A stretch of 63,338 nucleotides of DNA, filler included, from Vannella sp. (lineage: Eukaryota): the NCBI GenBank assembly GCA_023345925.1. It is 8 parts of 8 records of this genome, joined end to end, with 100 filler letters (N's around TTAATTAATTAA, not from the genome) between each part and the next. Parts side by side here need not be neighbours in the genome. Positions count along the whole stretch, not along the records: positions 11,204 to 20,495 come from JAJQQN010001438.1; positions 20,596 to 29,803 come from JAJQQN010000495.1; 6 more parts are not named here. The stretch is one strand, 5' to 3'. Shown here in pieces: positions 14,795 through 27,804 of the stretch (position 1 is the first letter of the stretch; the number at the start of each line of letters is the position of its first letter). Both the position numbers and the translations under genes were made by a program. The notes below the pieces were generated by a model, which worked only from the letters and a program-made list of their open reading frames with translations, made no database searches and was not told the origin of the DNA.

Positions 14795-17755
14795 ATGGTC
14801 TGGTTGGACCCAACAAGGCGCTTTGTTGTCTTGGGAGACACATTGGCTTGGTTGTCGATACAAGAGAAGGAAGGATTCGTTTTACAACAGTATCAGCCTC
14901 ATTTGGACCCGCAGCAGGTCTTCTGTCCGCTTGATGAGCAGCGCTTTCGCGTTTTGTTGGGGGTCGGGGACGTGGACTTGCTTGTTGCACAAGCAGTGGA
15001 CCTCTCGGAGATCATTTGTCATTGGGAATGGCTGGAGGAGTTTGTAATGCCTCACATGCTCATGCTGGAGGACTCTCCAGAAGAGCTGCATCAGTTTGTG
15101 ATCTTGAAGCTCACTTCTGTTGCAAAGATCACTGCCAATGACGCTCGAAGGGGTTCGGCACTTGTGAAAGACACTTCTCCAGACAACTTTCATTCAGAGT
15201 CGTTCCCTACTCACTGCCTGATTGCTTGTAGGAGCGCACATTGCCATTCCTTCTGTGCGACTGACCAGGGATCCAGCTTATGCATGCAGCTATTGGAGAG
15301 ATCTTGTCTCCAAAGGGGTTCTATTCTTAAGCGATCGTCACTGCTACTTCTACTGCGCTAGGGACGAGCAATCGGTGGAGATTCCTTTGATTTCTATCAC
15401 TAATGTGACTCTCTGTCATCATGGGATGATCGCCAACTCTTTAGAAGTCTCAGTTATGAGTGGCACTCAAGTGAGTGCTTCAATGGAAGCCAAAAAGAGA
15501 TTAATTGGAATGGGTAGTATCTGTTTTCGGGATTGTCTGATGTGGAAGAGGCCCTTTCTCTTATTCACTGCCTTTGTGAGCTTTCTATATCGTCTACTCT
15601 CGAGAGCGTTGAGACAGATATGCAGGAACTCAATCAAGAGCAAGAGCTGAGATGTGACCAAGACTGTGGCAAAGTTCCTCGGCGGTTAGAGACTCAATCC
15701 TCTTGGTCTTCATTCTCCAAGAGACTCAACGTTCCTCCTAACGAGCTCAACAAAGAGAATCTCCTGACTTGTGTCAAAAATCAGCGTTTCCAGAAACTCT
15801 TTCGGCTTCCTCGCAGCGAAGAACTCCTTTGTCGTCAGTACTCTAATCCGAGACAGGAATGTTCTGATATCTATTCTACTAGAGACTGGATGTAATATGG
15901 AGGGCTGGGGAGCTGGATGGATGCGAGATAGAGCAGGAGATGTATTCTTGTCCCCTCATTTCATCACATTCCTTTCCAAAGGCAATGAGTCTATTGTACG
16001 AAAGGATCATTATCCTTCAAGCTACTAACGAGAGGGTACCAGAAAGCATCCATTTCGTCCTCGGTTATTACAGCTATCGAACAAAGATCTCCGGACAAGT
16101 TGCTGATAACCGCTGACAATCGAAAAGTGAGGCCCTTTTCCCACATTCTCCTCCTCTTTCTGATTGTCCGTTAGTTCAAGTTCTCTGGTATCCCGTTGGA
16201 ATCGGAGATGGCTCAAGCTATTCTAAGTCAGTGGAATGATAAGTGGAAGCAAAGCGTGCAGGATGTTTCCCAGATGCGGGATTCCATTTCTGTCCAAGCT
16301 CGCGTTTCTCGAGAGAAGTTGAACTTCTTTCGTGACCACGTGAGTGAGCTCAGTGAGAAACAAGTCAGCCAATGGGAAGATTATACCCGAATCCACGGAT
16401 TAGGCCCAGCGCACATTCAAACCCCAGAACTTCGAGATTTGGTTCGAGCCGGCGTTCCTCGCCGATTCAGGGGTGAGAGGCTGTGGCTTAGAATCTCCAT
16501 CTAATGGAGCCTAACTCTTTACCGTAGGGAAGTTTTGGTCTCTGCTCTCGGGAGCTCAGAGCAAGAAGCGATTATGTCCTCTAGAGTATCGCAACATCGC
16601 CAAAGAAAGCACCGGAGAATGCACTCTGGCAACGGAAGAAATTGAGCGGGTACAAGCAAAACTGCTGCTCATGAATGCGACTCTAATTATGTTGAATTAG
16701 GATCTTAACAGGACCTTTCCTGAGCACCCTTTTTACCAAAAAGACACCGGACAGAACCTTCTCAGGCGCATTCTAACTTCTTACTCCTTCCGCAATCCCG
16801 GCATTGGTTACTGCCAGTCCATGGTCAGTCAACCTATTCGTGGTGTCCAAGCGAATCTGACCAAGACTAGAATATTGTATGTGCTACTCAGATGCTCTTT
16901 ATGCAAGAGGAGGAGGCGTATTGGATGGTAGCCACTGTTTGCGAAGATCTCTTACCGGATTATTATGTCCCTTCAATGATTGGCTGTACAACAGACCAAG
17001 CAGTCTTTGAGAGTCTTCTTCTTGAACGCATTCCTGATCTCCACGCGCATTTTATAGAGTTGAGTATACCTCTGACTCTCATAACCATTCCTTGGTTGCT
17101 TTGTATCTTTATTGGCTTCCTCTCTTGGCATGCCACCCTCCGTGTTCTGGATTGCTTCTTTTATGAAGGGCGCCATGTTCTCTTCCAAATCGGATTGAGC
17201 ATCTTCCAGATCTACCGAGAACAAGTTCTTTTAATGGATGACCCCGTTGATGTGATTGAAGTCCTGAAAAACTCGGATGTCAACTGTGAACAACTCTTTC
17301 ACATTGCCTTTTCTGAGTTTAAGGACATTGACGACCATTTTATCTCTGCCCGATTCCAGCAACTGCGACCGAAAGCAGTTCTAGAACTTATGGAGAAGCT
17401 GGAAAAGAGGAAGCAAACAGTAACATTGCAGATTCCTCGTTCTGGGAAACTTCGAGTTCGCAGAGTTGGTTCATGTGACCCTCTATGGAGCGAGTCAGAG
17501 GCTTCATCAATGGTGTCCGACTCTTCTCCTCTGACGTTCAAGCATGTCAAGGCGAACCACTCTTTGCCAACTTCTCCAGAAGTCTTGGCAAGGAAATTAA
17601 ACAAGGCGAAGAAGAAGGTGGGCAAGCTCTATCGGGAAGCTGACATGGCCTTCTCTTTCAGATCATCTAGCCACCTCCCAATTAAGTTCTCATCTGCTTT
17701 CCACCCTCAAGAAGAGGACCAGACAGACGAATCTCCCTTATTTAGCCCACGCTGA
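14795..17755 (+). CDS. GRAM + Rab-GAP TBC protein (TBC1D8/9-like), multi-exon
   Basis: GRAM motifs ([24 protein letters not shown]), TBC motifs ([39 protein letters not shown]). Confidence 0.88.
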
Positions 17756-17860
17756 GTTCACTTGTACATTGAAAGTCTTTCTTTTGTTTGCCAGACCCAG
17801 TTGGTATCTGATTTAGGTGGAACAATCAAGTCAGTTTGAAAATCGACCAAGTTGTGGCTT

Positions 17861-19027
17861 TCAAGTGTCCAAGTTATCAGCGGAAGAGGTTTCCCCTTCG
17901 TCTTCGGGATTCGGATTACTTTGCCAACTCCAAGAAGAAGCTTGATTTGAAGGTGATAAAGAGCTGATGCAACTTTTGGGCGTTGAGAGTGAGTTAGATG
18001 TCGAGTCGTCGTCCATCACAGAGAAGGACCTCACTTTCGGAGGCGCGACAAAGTTATTACGTAAATCAAGTGAAGGAATCGCATCCAAGAAAGCTGGAGA
18101 AATGCAGGAAAGCGGATTGTCGACAACGTTGAGTATCTGAAGCCGGGGAAGATTCAACAAAAAAGGCGGTAAAGCGCACAACAGGTTAGACGAAAAGTCT
18201 AATTCATGAATGGTCTTCATCCCCTCCAAGAAAGCAGGCAAATGAGTGATCAAATTGCGAGAAAAGTTGATTCTCTCGACAACTGACAACATTGTGAGTT
18301 GCTCTGGCAAGACAGAGATCTCACATTGCATTAGATTGAGCTCTTTGAGGTATCTGGGAATCCAAAAAGACTGGAATATGAAGTCAGGGACCTTCCGAAG
18401 GGTCTCTCCGTTGATTGAGATTGTTTCGAGTCCGGGGGAGGCTGGATCGAGCTTAATTTTGAGGCGGATGTCGCCGGTAACCTTATCAGGGTGGTGTATG
18501 TGTGTCATAGATAGGTCACAGATGACACTGTCTTGGATATACGAGTTGCTGATGGGGATCTCCACCATCCCGATGAGCGAGTCTTGGCTCAGCTTGTGAG
18601 CTGCCCAGCATTCCACTTGGAGAAAGTTGATCGTTGTTAGATCCTTCACGTTACTGTACATCATTGTGAGATGTCAACCCGAGTGGAGGCGAAGGAGAGG
18701 CGTACAAAAAGAAGTTTTCGTTCCAAAAGGCCTGTCGCTCTTCATTGATGGAGGTTGTGGCGGTCTTGGCTTTGTCTGTAAGTCCCTTCTGAGAGTTTAT
18801 CTTTCGCCCTTGACTCTCCTTCCGGGAGCGAGCATCAACAGAGTACGGAACAACCAGTCCAAGGAGGATAAACACATCCCGGTCCTTTCCTCCCACCCGA
18901 GCTGACACCACTCCACCCTCCCGTTACCACACCACCCTCCAATCTCCTCACCCAACCTACCACTAACACTCAACAACCCATCTTTCCTCGCACAACGGTT
19001 CTTCACCGTCACAAACGATAACGACAT
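17861..19027 (-). CDS. C2-domain + leucine-rich-repeat protein
   Basis: C2 motifs (AFWNENF, LQVECW, SLIGMVEIPI) followed by LxxLxLxxN repeats; 2 introns. Confidence 0.7.
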
Positions 19028-19135
19028 GCCAGAAAATGACCCAAAACTGCACAAAAGATGTCAAATTTACTGAATTTAATGATTATCTCGTTGGTTTGGT
19101 GATTCAATTCAATTCTGGACCATTTATTTGATGGG

Positions 19136-19706
19136 ATGAAGGTGGAGGAGCAACTGGGCTTGTTGGCGGAGCTGTCTCCTGGCTTGAAGCTGGATGAGGG
19201 GATTACGGTAGAAGATGTTGTACTCCTTTGAGCGCGAGGATCTGGAGCAGACTCCTTTTGAGTTGCTTCTCTTCTGCTTGGGAACGGAAGTGGAAAGAGA
19301 GCCTTGGGGTCGGGCCTTCTGTTCCCACGTCTGGAACTTTGATAGAGAGTGCATATCGTCAACAGGAGACTATCAGCGAATCGTGAAGCGCCTTTGTGTG
19401 CTCTCTGGCGATCCCCACTACCTCAAGGACATCGAAGATGACGTGAATCTCAACAACGAAGAGGCTTGGGTCTCCTATCTACTACCTGATGGGAAGCAGA
19501 GGAAGTGGAAACTAGAAGTAGACGATGACTGGGCGGACTTCTTGGGTCTTTCGTACGTCATGGACGACCTCCAGCGGGATGGCAATCTCTTCTATTCAAA
19601 AGACAATGGCCAAGCCATGCTGCTCTTCTACCTGAGTCCCAATGCTGCTTCTGAACTGAACAGACTAGCAAATGACGCTCTCCAACCCGTGCTTGATGGA
19701 GAGTGA
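19136..19706 (+). pseudogene. Intronless bacterial-type hypothetical protein with an apparent frameshift near 19215 (or an N-truncated CDS 19215-19706)
   Basis: Upstream frame MKVEEQLGLLAELSPGLKLDEGITVED (from 19136) stops at 19231 but runs naturally into MLYSFERE... in another frame. Confidence 0.5.
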
Positions 19707-19736
19707 AGACTCGATAAGTCACTATACTGTTCTTTT

Positions 19737-20464
19737 CTATTCAATTCCGGTTTGCCAGGAGAGAGAAGAGAGGGAAGAGAGATGTTCGTCTAGGTACAGT
19801 GAGATGACTCGCTTGTGATTGATCCACTCTACTCGTTCTAAGCGAAAGGCGCTGTAGCAAGACAGCAGAACTTCCTTTTCTTCTGAGTGAAAGCGTGACA
19901 GCTTCTCTGTGATGCTACAAGCATATTGGCAACCAAAAGGAACCTTAATGACCATCGTAGCAGACTTTGCGTAAGCTTTTGAGGGGTCCACACTGGTTGA
20001 CGTGAAGCTGGGAATGAAAAAGCAGTTCAGCTGCTCCATCTGCGCCACTTCTGTGTCACTCAGGTCCACACCACGATAGAGAAGACCGTCATCTAGCAAA
20101 GGCTGCTTGAAAATAGCGCTTCTGAGCTGGGGAATGTACGTGGCATACTGTGACAAGCCGTCAGAGTCAGAGGCGAGGCAAAGGTTGACTTTGGCGTAGT
20201 GCTTCGTGGTGTGATTTGTGTACTCATTGAGGATGCTTATTGGGTCCTTGCAAGGCTCGACTCTATCACAGAAGTGGCGATAGTTCTTCTGCTTGGAATC
20301 CGTGACGAGGAAGCTCACTTCGTCACCTTCTGACACCGCCAACGAGCTCCCGACCAACCCATCTCCTCCCAATAGGTCGATAACATCCCGGTTCATGGAG
20401 ACCTGACAAACATTACCACGCAGCTAACGAGAGGAACGAGGAAACGCACCCGCATCATCATCAT
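19737..20464 (-). CDS. Mono-ADP-ribosyltransferase, R-S-E (ARTC/C3-like) clade
   Basis: Motifs LYRG, FTSTS, EKEVLL; probable short first exon MMMMR followed by a GT-AG intron. Confidence 0.85.
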
Positions 20465-20595
20465 CTCCCAGAGGGAGAGCGAAGGGAAATGCCCANNNNN
20501 NNNNNNNNNNNNNNNNNNNNNNNNNNNNNNNNNNNNNNNTTAATTAATTAANNNNNNNNNNNNNNNNNNNNNNNNNNNNNNNNNNNNNNNNNNNN

Positions 20596-22444
20596 GGCCA
20601 GAGTTATTGTGATTCGATCTGCGTTTGGACCGTAAAACTGGACCGGTCCCGGACTGACATAATCCTCTCCTAATGCACATTCATCTCTCTGTTCTATCCA
20701 AGCTTTGAAGGGAAGTCCAACAAGATCAACATCACTACGCCTATTCATTGTGTCAGTACGACAAGCCCCTGCAAGAGCCTCCTCACCTCAGAGTTGGTTT
20801 GATCACTCCAGAACGGCGTTCAAGATTCATCATCCGGACAAGGGGGAAGCCGCATGGCTTCCACTGGGACACTGGAAGATGCAAATCGCTCACTGCTGCC
20901 ATACTTCCGGTGGCTTTCTGCTGAAGGAGAATGCAGGCTGTCTTTCCCAAGGCCGATCCATAATTACAGTCAAAGTTGGTGGGAAGGGCACAACGGCCTT
21001 CATAGCCAAAGAAGTGGCCCACTGCTTTGAACTTGCCACTATAGAGCCGCTTCTCCTTGCGCTGATCTAGCTCCAGAGTCACGAGTTCGATTAACAAACG
21101 CTCTGTTTGGATCTGAGAGACTGGCAAGTTCCCATGAGGGTCACGCTCTAAGAGGAGCTGCTGCTGAATTCGATGAGGAAGACCGTCAAAAGTGACTTGA
21201 GAGAAGCCGGAAAGGAGCCCGCGGACCTCTTCAGGATGAGTCTCTTGGCCCAACAGGAAGTTTAACTCCTCAATGAGATATCCCATCTCAGCAATGAACT
21301 CCAATAACGAGTCAGGAACCAAAATCACCCCAAATCCCATTCCCTTCCGTGCTCTCTCGACGATAAGGTCGGCAATGGCCTGGACTATCTGTGGCAATGT
21401 CCATTGCTTCGCAGCAATCTCCTCTACAGGACCCATTTGAGTGTCCTAGCACCTACAAACAACCAGCATACGTACCACCAATGATAGCCATGTTAGGACG
21501 CGTGGCCAGAGCGACTTCCAAGGCAATATGAGAGGAAGAACGGCCCATCAACCGTATAAAGTGGTAATACTTGCCACTGGAGCGAGCGTCGGCCATGATG
21601 TTACCCACGAGCTCAGAGTATACCTTCGTAGCTGTGTCAAACCCAAGGCTGCACTGCACATGGTCGTTCTTCAAGTCCCCATCGATGGTTTTGGGGCAGC
21701 CGACCACGCTGATGCCATGAGGGTGAAAGTACTCTGCCAGAGCCGCTGCGTCCGTATTGGAGTCCGAATCTCCAATCACTACCAAGCCAGTGAGCTCCAG
21801 CGACTTGCAAGCGTCCAAGCAAAGCTGCAAGTCCTCCTTCTCAATGGAGTCGCGCCCAGTTGCTGTCTCAGACCATTAGGAGCTGAACTGTCGATATGAG
21901 GGGCTTCTTTCTTACATATGACTTCAAAGCCACCCTGGTTACGGTGCTTGGCAAGGCGCTGGGCCGTTATCTCCACAAAGTCGCAATGGATAAGCCCTTT
22001 GGGTCCTCCTGTGAGAGGTTAGGGTCTCCTTGAGCCAATAGGGAGACGTATGACATACCAATGAATCCGTACAGTGTGTTCTTCTCGTTAATTGAGAGAA
22101 GATGCTGGTGGAGCCCACAAATGACGTTGTGGCCGCCGGGCGCGGGACCTCCTGAGAGCACAACACCGATCTAAGCCTTGCATTAGTGACAATAGTGAAG
22201 GATGGTATCTTATGCACACCTTCATTGGGTTAAGGCTGCGCTGGCGGCCTTGGGAACTGCGAACAAGACTTGGTTGTACGCCAGACAACTTGGGAAACTC
22301 CTTCGCCAGCTCTCCTATCAAGACAGGGACACTCTGCACATCCAAATGAAAGTGATGAGATCCATCTAAGAGGACATCCGGGGCAACAGGCAAGAACTCC
22401 AGCCGTTCCCTCTGCAAAGCGCCAACTCCCACAGAAGAGGACAT
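20596..22444 (-). CDS. Pyrophosphate-dependent phosphofructokinase (PFP long clade), 3' end at contig edge
   Basis: [51 protein letters not shown]; multi-exon. Confidence 0.93.
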
Positions 22445-22475
22445 GAGAATGGTTAGACAATCGAAAGAGGTTGCT

Positions 22476-23607
22476 TTAATCATATTGTTCCAATCCACCG
22501 AGAACCGCTCTCTTCCTGTGGAGGAGCGTCGTGTGAGCGGGACTTTGTGTGAGAATGGCGTCCTTACCGTCCGTAGAAGGTGTTTTGTTGCTCAATGAGC
22601 CCCTCAATGGTCTTGTTATCGGGTGAGGGCTGTTGGCCTGCTCTAAGGTATGCTTTAATGGCGTCGTAGGTCGCTGTAAAGGTCTCATTGAAGTTGGCAT
22701 CAGTCACCAATGTCACGTAGCTTGGATCAGTGAGAGAATGACAAGGGGAGAGGACTGACGTACTCGTCGGTTACTTTCATCATGTCTTTGGCAGTCTTCA
22801 GTGCAGCCAGAGCGATCTGAGAAGGAGGGAAGAGGAACTCAACATCGGTTCGCTGAGCACCATCGAGCAGCTTGATAGCCAACGTCTTGACCTCATCAGG
22901 AACTACTAAACCCTTGCTCTATCATATCCAAGAGTATCAGACTCGCCCTCCAAGTTGCAAAGGAGCGCGCAACATACGCTGATCTCAATAACCAGACCAT
23001 TGAGAGAAGAGTGTGTTTTGAAGGTATAAAGATCGAATCCTAAGCTATTCAGAAGTGCGTACTCGGCTACAAGTACTCTGTCCAGGTCCACTTTCACTGT
23101 AGAGCAGAGAATGGCTGGCATGATGGGCGCTTCTTCGACCTTAGCCGCCAAGAGCACGCACGCCACCCTGTCTATGTAAGGCTTCGCGTACACTTGGTAA
23201 CAAGGGCTTACAATATGATCTGGGGATCCCGTAAGAGCATCGAGTTGGCGAGGAAGAAGCGTTGGAAGAAATGGATCGCTGTGACCTAATCAGAAGCCCC
23301 TTTGGAGTGAGGTGGCTTCTGGGATTCTCATTGGTTGGACTAACAGTGACTACTTTAGGGTACTTGAGCTTGTCCCCAAGGGTTTGTAACTTCCTAATGT
23401 AAAAGATTCGCAAAGTCCGCTCTTGCTCCAGCGTCAAGGCGCCTTCAGTGTCTCCCATCAAGAACTCAGAAGCCTCCTCCACCCATCAATCACCAAACCA
23501 CCACATCCCACCCTCCTCACCTCCTGAAAGGCGCCATCGCGCTTCCTCAACACACCATCCTCTTCCAAGACCCAATTCCTCTGTTGCGTCGACCCCGACC
23601 ACTGCAT
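22476..23607 (-). CDS. Cyclin H-like
   Basis: MQWSGSTQQRNW N-terminus, TAIHFFQRFFLANSM..DPQIILVACVLLAAKVEE, FLFPPSQIALAAL; multi-exon. Confidence 0.8.
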
Positions 23608-23669
23608 CCCACCAAAAAGTGACCAACCCATGAATATCTAAACGCCATCGGCTCCACCAACAGATGTCC

Positions 23670-23732
23670 TTTAGGGTTTAGGGTTTCTGGATCGGCAGCC
23701 AATCAGGAGGGCCGGAGCTTTCATCCAATCAG
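23670..23732. promoter_or_regulatory. Bidirectional promoter with (TTTAGGG)2 telo-box-like motif and two CCAATCAG boxes
   Basis: TTTAGGGTTTAGGG 23670-23683; CCAATCAG at 23699 and 23725. Confidence 0.45.
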
Positions 23733-23785
23733 GTGTCGAGCGGTTACCGCCCAACAGAAGAGGGATTGGGGAAGGCCATTTGTTG

Positions 23786-26700
23786 ATGGAATCGGGGGAG
23801 AGACTCTTTAGAGTTCGTAGCTCTTCCCAGGTTCAGCTGGAGGGAATGAAGGTGGCAGTGGCAGCTCTGAGTGCGTTGAGGCTGTCGAGTACGGCGGATG
23901 CGTGTGTGGACCGGACTTCGCTCATTCAACCGTTTGTTGCTGCTCCTCCCAAGCCTGTTAAGCCTACCCCAGAAACGAAGAGTAGTAGGGTACCGTGATC
24001 TGTTGGCTTTGTGCTCACGAAAGGATGCAGGAAGATCGACCTTTCGTTCGTTACTTCGAAGGGACACTAGCAGCATCCGAGACTCTCGGGATGGCTCGGA
24101 TGTCTTTATCAATGAGTTGCAGAAGAAGTCCTTGCCAGAGGTTCAGTTTGACCTGCTCAAGACTCAAATAGAGAGCTCCAATGCCTCTTGGTTGGTCGCC
24201 TTTATCGCTCACAACGGCGGGGGCCTTCTGCTTAGTCATCTGACAGAACAGAACTATCAGTAAGTCGCCTTTCTACCATTCATCTTGTCAAGAGCTCATC
24301 CAGTCCACTCAGGGACGAGGTCAAGGACAAGTTCATCCCGTGCTTGAGATGCTTCCATGGCCTAGTAAAGCGGTCAGAAGAGGCTAATCTGGGCAGTCTG
24401 ATGGAAAGTCAAGAGTTTAACAATATCGTCAACATCCTCGTGTGGACAAAGGACCTCTTCCTGCTCTCCTCCACATGCATGACGCTGTTGGACATTGCCC
24501 GCTCTCCTTACGGCCACCTGCACTTGATGGAGGCGCTTGCGCGAACACAAAAGCAACACAACTTCAAGCATACCACTCACCCCTTCCTCTGTGCTATGCG
24601 GTTGCTCCACACCCTCATGAGTGACACGAGAGCGGTTCGGATTTGCAGTGTGAGTTCCCTCGCCCTCTTACGCGCCCTCCTTCCACTCACAGAAGCTGCT
24701 CTGTAGGAGGTTGTTCTGACACTCATCAACACCTTCATTATGGGCTTTACAGACACGGAAGAACGCTTCTTTTGTGAGAATGAGCTTCTCGTGCAAGGGT
24801 TCCTTCCATTAGTGCTTGAGCTTCGCACCTTTGGGAACCTGCAGGGCCAGATTGATAACTTTGAGCAAACACTCACTCATGACCACAACATGATGGCCTA
24901 CAAGATCGGCGCTAAGACTTCTGTGAGCTTTCTGATGCGCCCTTCGTCCTCTCGCTCTAACCACTGTGCGTGCAGAGTCGTCAGCCTCAAACTGAATGCA
25001 AGAACCTATTTGTTGTGCGTCTACTATGCACGGCAGAGAAGGAGACTATCAAGCAAGCCTACGAACCGAAACAGACACTCCGCGAGCTTCTGGAGATTAT
25101 CGTGCTCAAGCAGGAGTACCTGGGCCATGAGACCTTTGAAACAGACCAGTATGGCTTCTTTGTACCCGGTGGGACACAGGAGGAGAACTTTGTACCAGTC
25201 CTGGGCAAGGTTTTGCTCCAGCCCGAGTACTCGGCCGAGTCCTACCGCTTCCAGGGGGAGGTTCCGATGGATCTACAGCTTCTGCCTTGGAATCTCACTG
25301 TCATTGACGATGAACACGGTGGCAAGGAGGTCCGTGTCATCGCAGATCCCAGCAAAACGGTCGATGCAATGATCAACGGTCTTCTGGGGACCACTTTGGA
25401 AGGAACCCCCGCCTGTGAGGTGTTCCGCCACGCCTCAGACGCAGTCTATCGCAGTGATGTCGAGTACGGACTCTTCTCTCATGAGATGAAGTGCTGGTTA
25501 GCCTCAGAGAGTGCTTTGGTCTGCTATCGAGACCTCTTGGGGTCCCGTGGCCGCTTTCGCCTGAAAAGCATGGAGTTCGACTTCCCCCCTCCCTTCTCCC
25601 CGGTTTCGAGCGAACCCCCGATCTCCCCCCGATCTCCACGGGGAGTTCCCTCGGCCTGCAAGCTGCTACTGGCGGCCAAAGTGCCTCCCATTGCTATCCG
25701 CTTCAAGGAGCGATCCTTCAATGTGGAAATAGCCTCCTCCCGCACTTCTGTGGAGAGTCTCCACTCCCTCGTCGTCTCCAAAGCCAACATTCCTCCTGAA
25801 CAGCAAACCAGATACTCTCTCTTCCTTGATGATGGCGAGGGTGTGGAAGATGAGCCTGCCAGAGGTCTTCTGCCACCGGAAGAGGTCATTGCAGACATCA
25901 TGGCTGCGAGTGGGCTGGAGTGTTTGACCCTCCGGCTGGGTATTTGCCCTCTCTGGCTGCAGGTCCTCATCTCTGATGACTCAATGCTCAGTCGTACGAG
26001 TCCGAGTTCATATAGAGTCCAAGTTCTCTTCAATCAGAGCATTCTGGAGACAATTGAGGCAGTTTGCAAGGCAACTGGACACACATCGATAGACCACCAG
26101 CTCAATACCAACCGTAAGTTACCTTTGGAGTGCCTTCACTTGCTCACTGTGGCCATAGTTGGGGAGAAACTCGCAGATACGAAGACTTTAGAGGCTTTGG
26201 GATACGTTGAGGGGTCAGAAGTCTTCCTTTCCTTGCGAACTCCCGATGTAGATGGTCAGTAGATCTCTATGGGGCACCCCTTCGTACGAAAGAAAGCTCA
26301 TTAGGGACTAGAATCGCTTAATGACATCAACATTTGGGATGAGGAATGCACAAAAGAGACTCTCCAAACGGAATCTGACCACGGCAATGTCTTAGTAGTC
26401 GCTGCAACTCTAAATCAACTCGTCCGAAAGGCCACAGACGAAGATGAATACGGTAAGTCGGTCTTCTTGAGTGGAAAGAAGCTCACAGGAGTGAAGATTC
26501 GAACTTTTTTGAAACCTTCGTGGCCACTTATCGCTCCTTTACTTCACCCAAGATGCTTTTGCAGAAGCTCATCCAACGATACTCTGTTCCTCCTTCCGTA
26601 CCGCAGCAGAAGAAGCAAGTTGTACAAATGCGCGTTGCTGTTGTGATGAAGCGTTGGGTCGCTTTATTCAGTGACCCAGAAGAGATTGAGCTGCTCGATA

Positions 26701-27755
26701 AGATCACTTCGTGGGTGGAAAGTGAATCCTCAGAGGGGAACAATATCATGGCTGGCATCAAAGGTGCCCTGGTCAAACGGAGGCGCTCGTCTTGCATTGT
26801 AGCTCAATTCTACTTCAAAGACAAACCTCCAGCTCCCCGCATTCCCAAAGAAAAGTCTCTCGCCTCTCTCTTCTTTGAAGAGCTCGATGCCCTGGAAATG
26901 GCACGCCAATTGACATTAGTGGAGTTTGATATTTTCTCCCGAATCAGAGTAAGAACGCTGCTTCCAAGTGAATTCCCGATTCTCACACAAAGTAGCCCAT
27001 CGAATTGTTTGCCCAGGCTTGGAGCAGGCCAAAGATGCATCATTTATGTCCCAATTTAATGGCTTTGATCAATCACTTTAACTTTGTGTCAAGAGCGGTG
27101 GCTTCCGTCATTGTCAAGGAGCGCCAAGTCCGGCTTCGAGCCAAGTTATACGAGAAATTCGTGGCCCTTGCTGAGGTAAGAGGATTGGCCAGTAGGGAGG
27201 ACAGGTCAAAGGCTCATGCAAATCTTCAGAGTCTCCGCTCAATCAATAGCTTCAACTTGTTAGTTGCAGTCGTCTCTGGCCTGAACAATTCTGGCATTGG
27301 GCGACTCAAGTGGACCAAAGAGCGCGTTTCTACGAAAGCCATCGAGTCTCTTGAGAGTTTGGAGACACTCACTTCCATGCAACAGTCTTACAAGAACTAT
27401 CGTCAAGCAATCACCGCTCTTGAGCCTCCCATGATTCCTTACATGTGAGCCACTCGCGCTCCTCCTGTTCCAAGTACTAACTCAAAGCAGGGGTGTCTAT
27501 CTGCAAGACTTGACCTTTATCGAGGACGGCAACCCGGACTACATCGATGATTTGATCAACTTCTCCAAACGCATTCTTGTGCGGAAGATTCTCGCTCAGA
27601 TTGCCACTTTCCAGCAGCAAGCTTACAACTTTGTGCGAGTGCCACTTCTTCAGACCTTCTTGGAGAACATGTCTCAGCTGGATGACGACAGCATTTACCA
27701 GTTTTCGCTCAAACATGAGCCCCGCAATGCCAAGCAGCGTTCCGAGATTGAGTGA
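23786..27755 (+). CDS. RasGEF (REM + CDC25) with N-terminal GBD/FH3-like and ubiquitin-like regions, multi-exon
   Basis: ATYRSFTSPKMLLQKLIQRY (REM), MARQLTLVEF, NSFNLLVAVVSGL, IPY..YLQDLTFIEDGN; FH3-like SWLVAFIAHNG, LINTFI..LQGQIDNFE. Confidence 0.85.
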
Positions 27756-27804
27756 GCAGAACAAGATAAAGGCAAAGGTGGTTCTATTGATCATGCCGAT
27801 GGCT

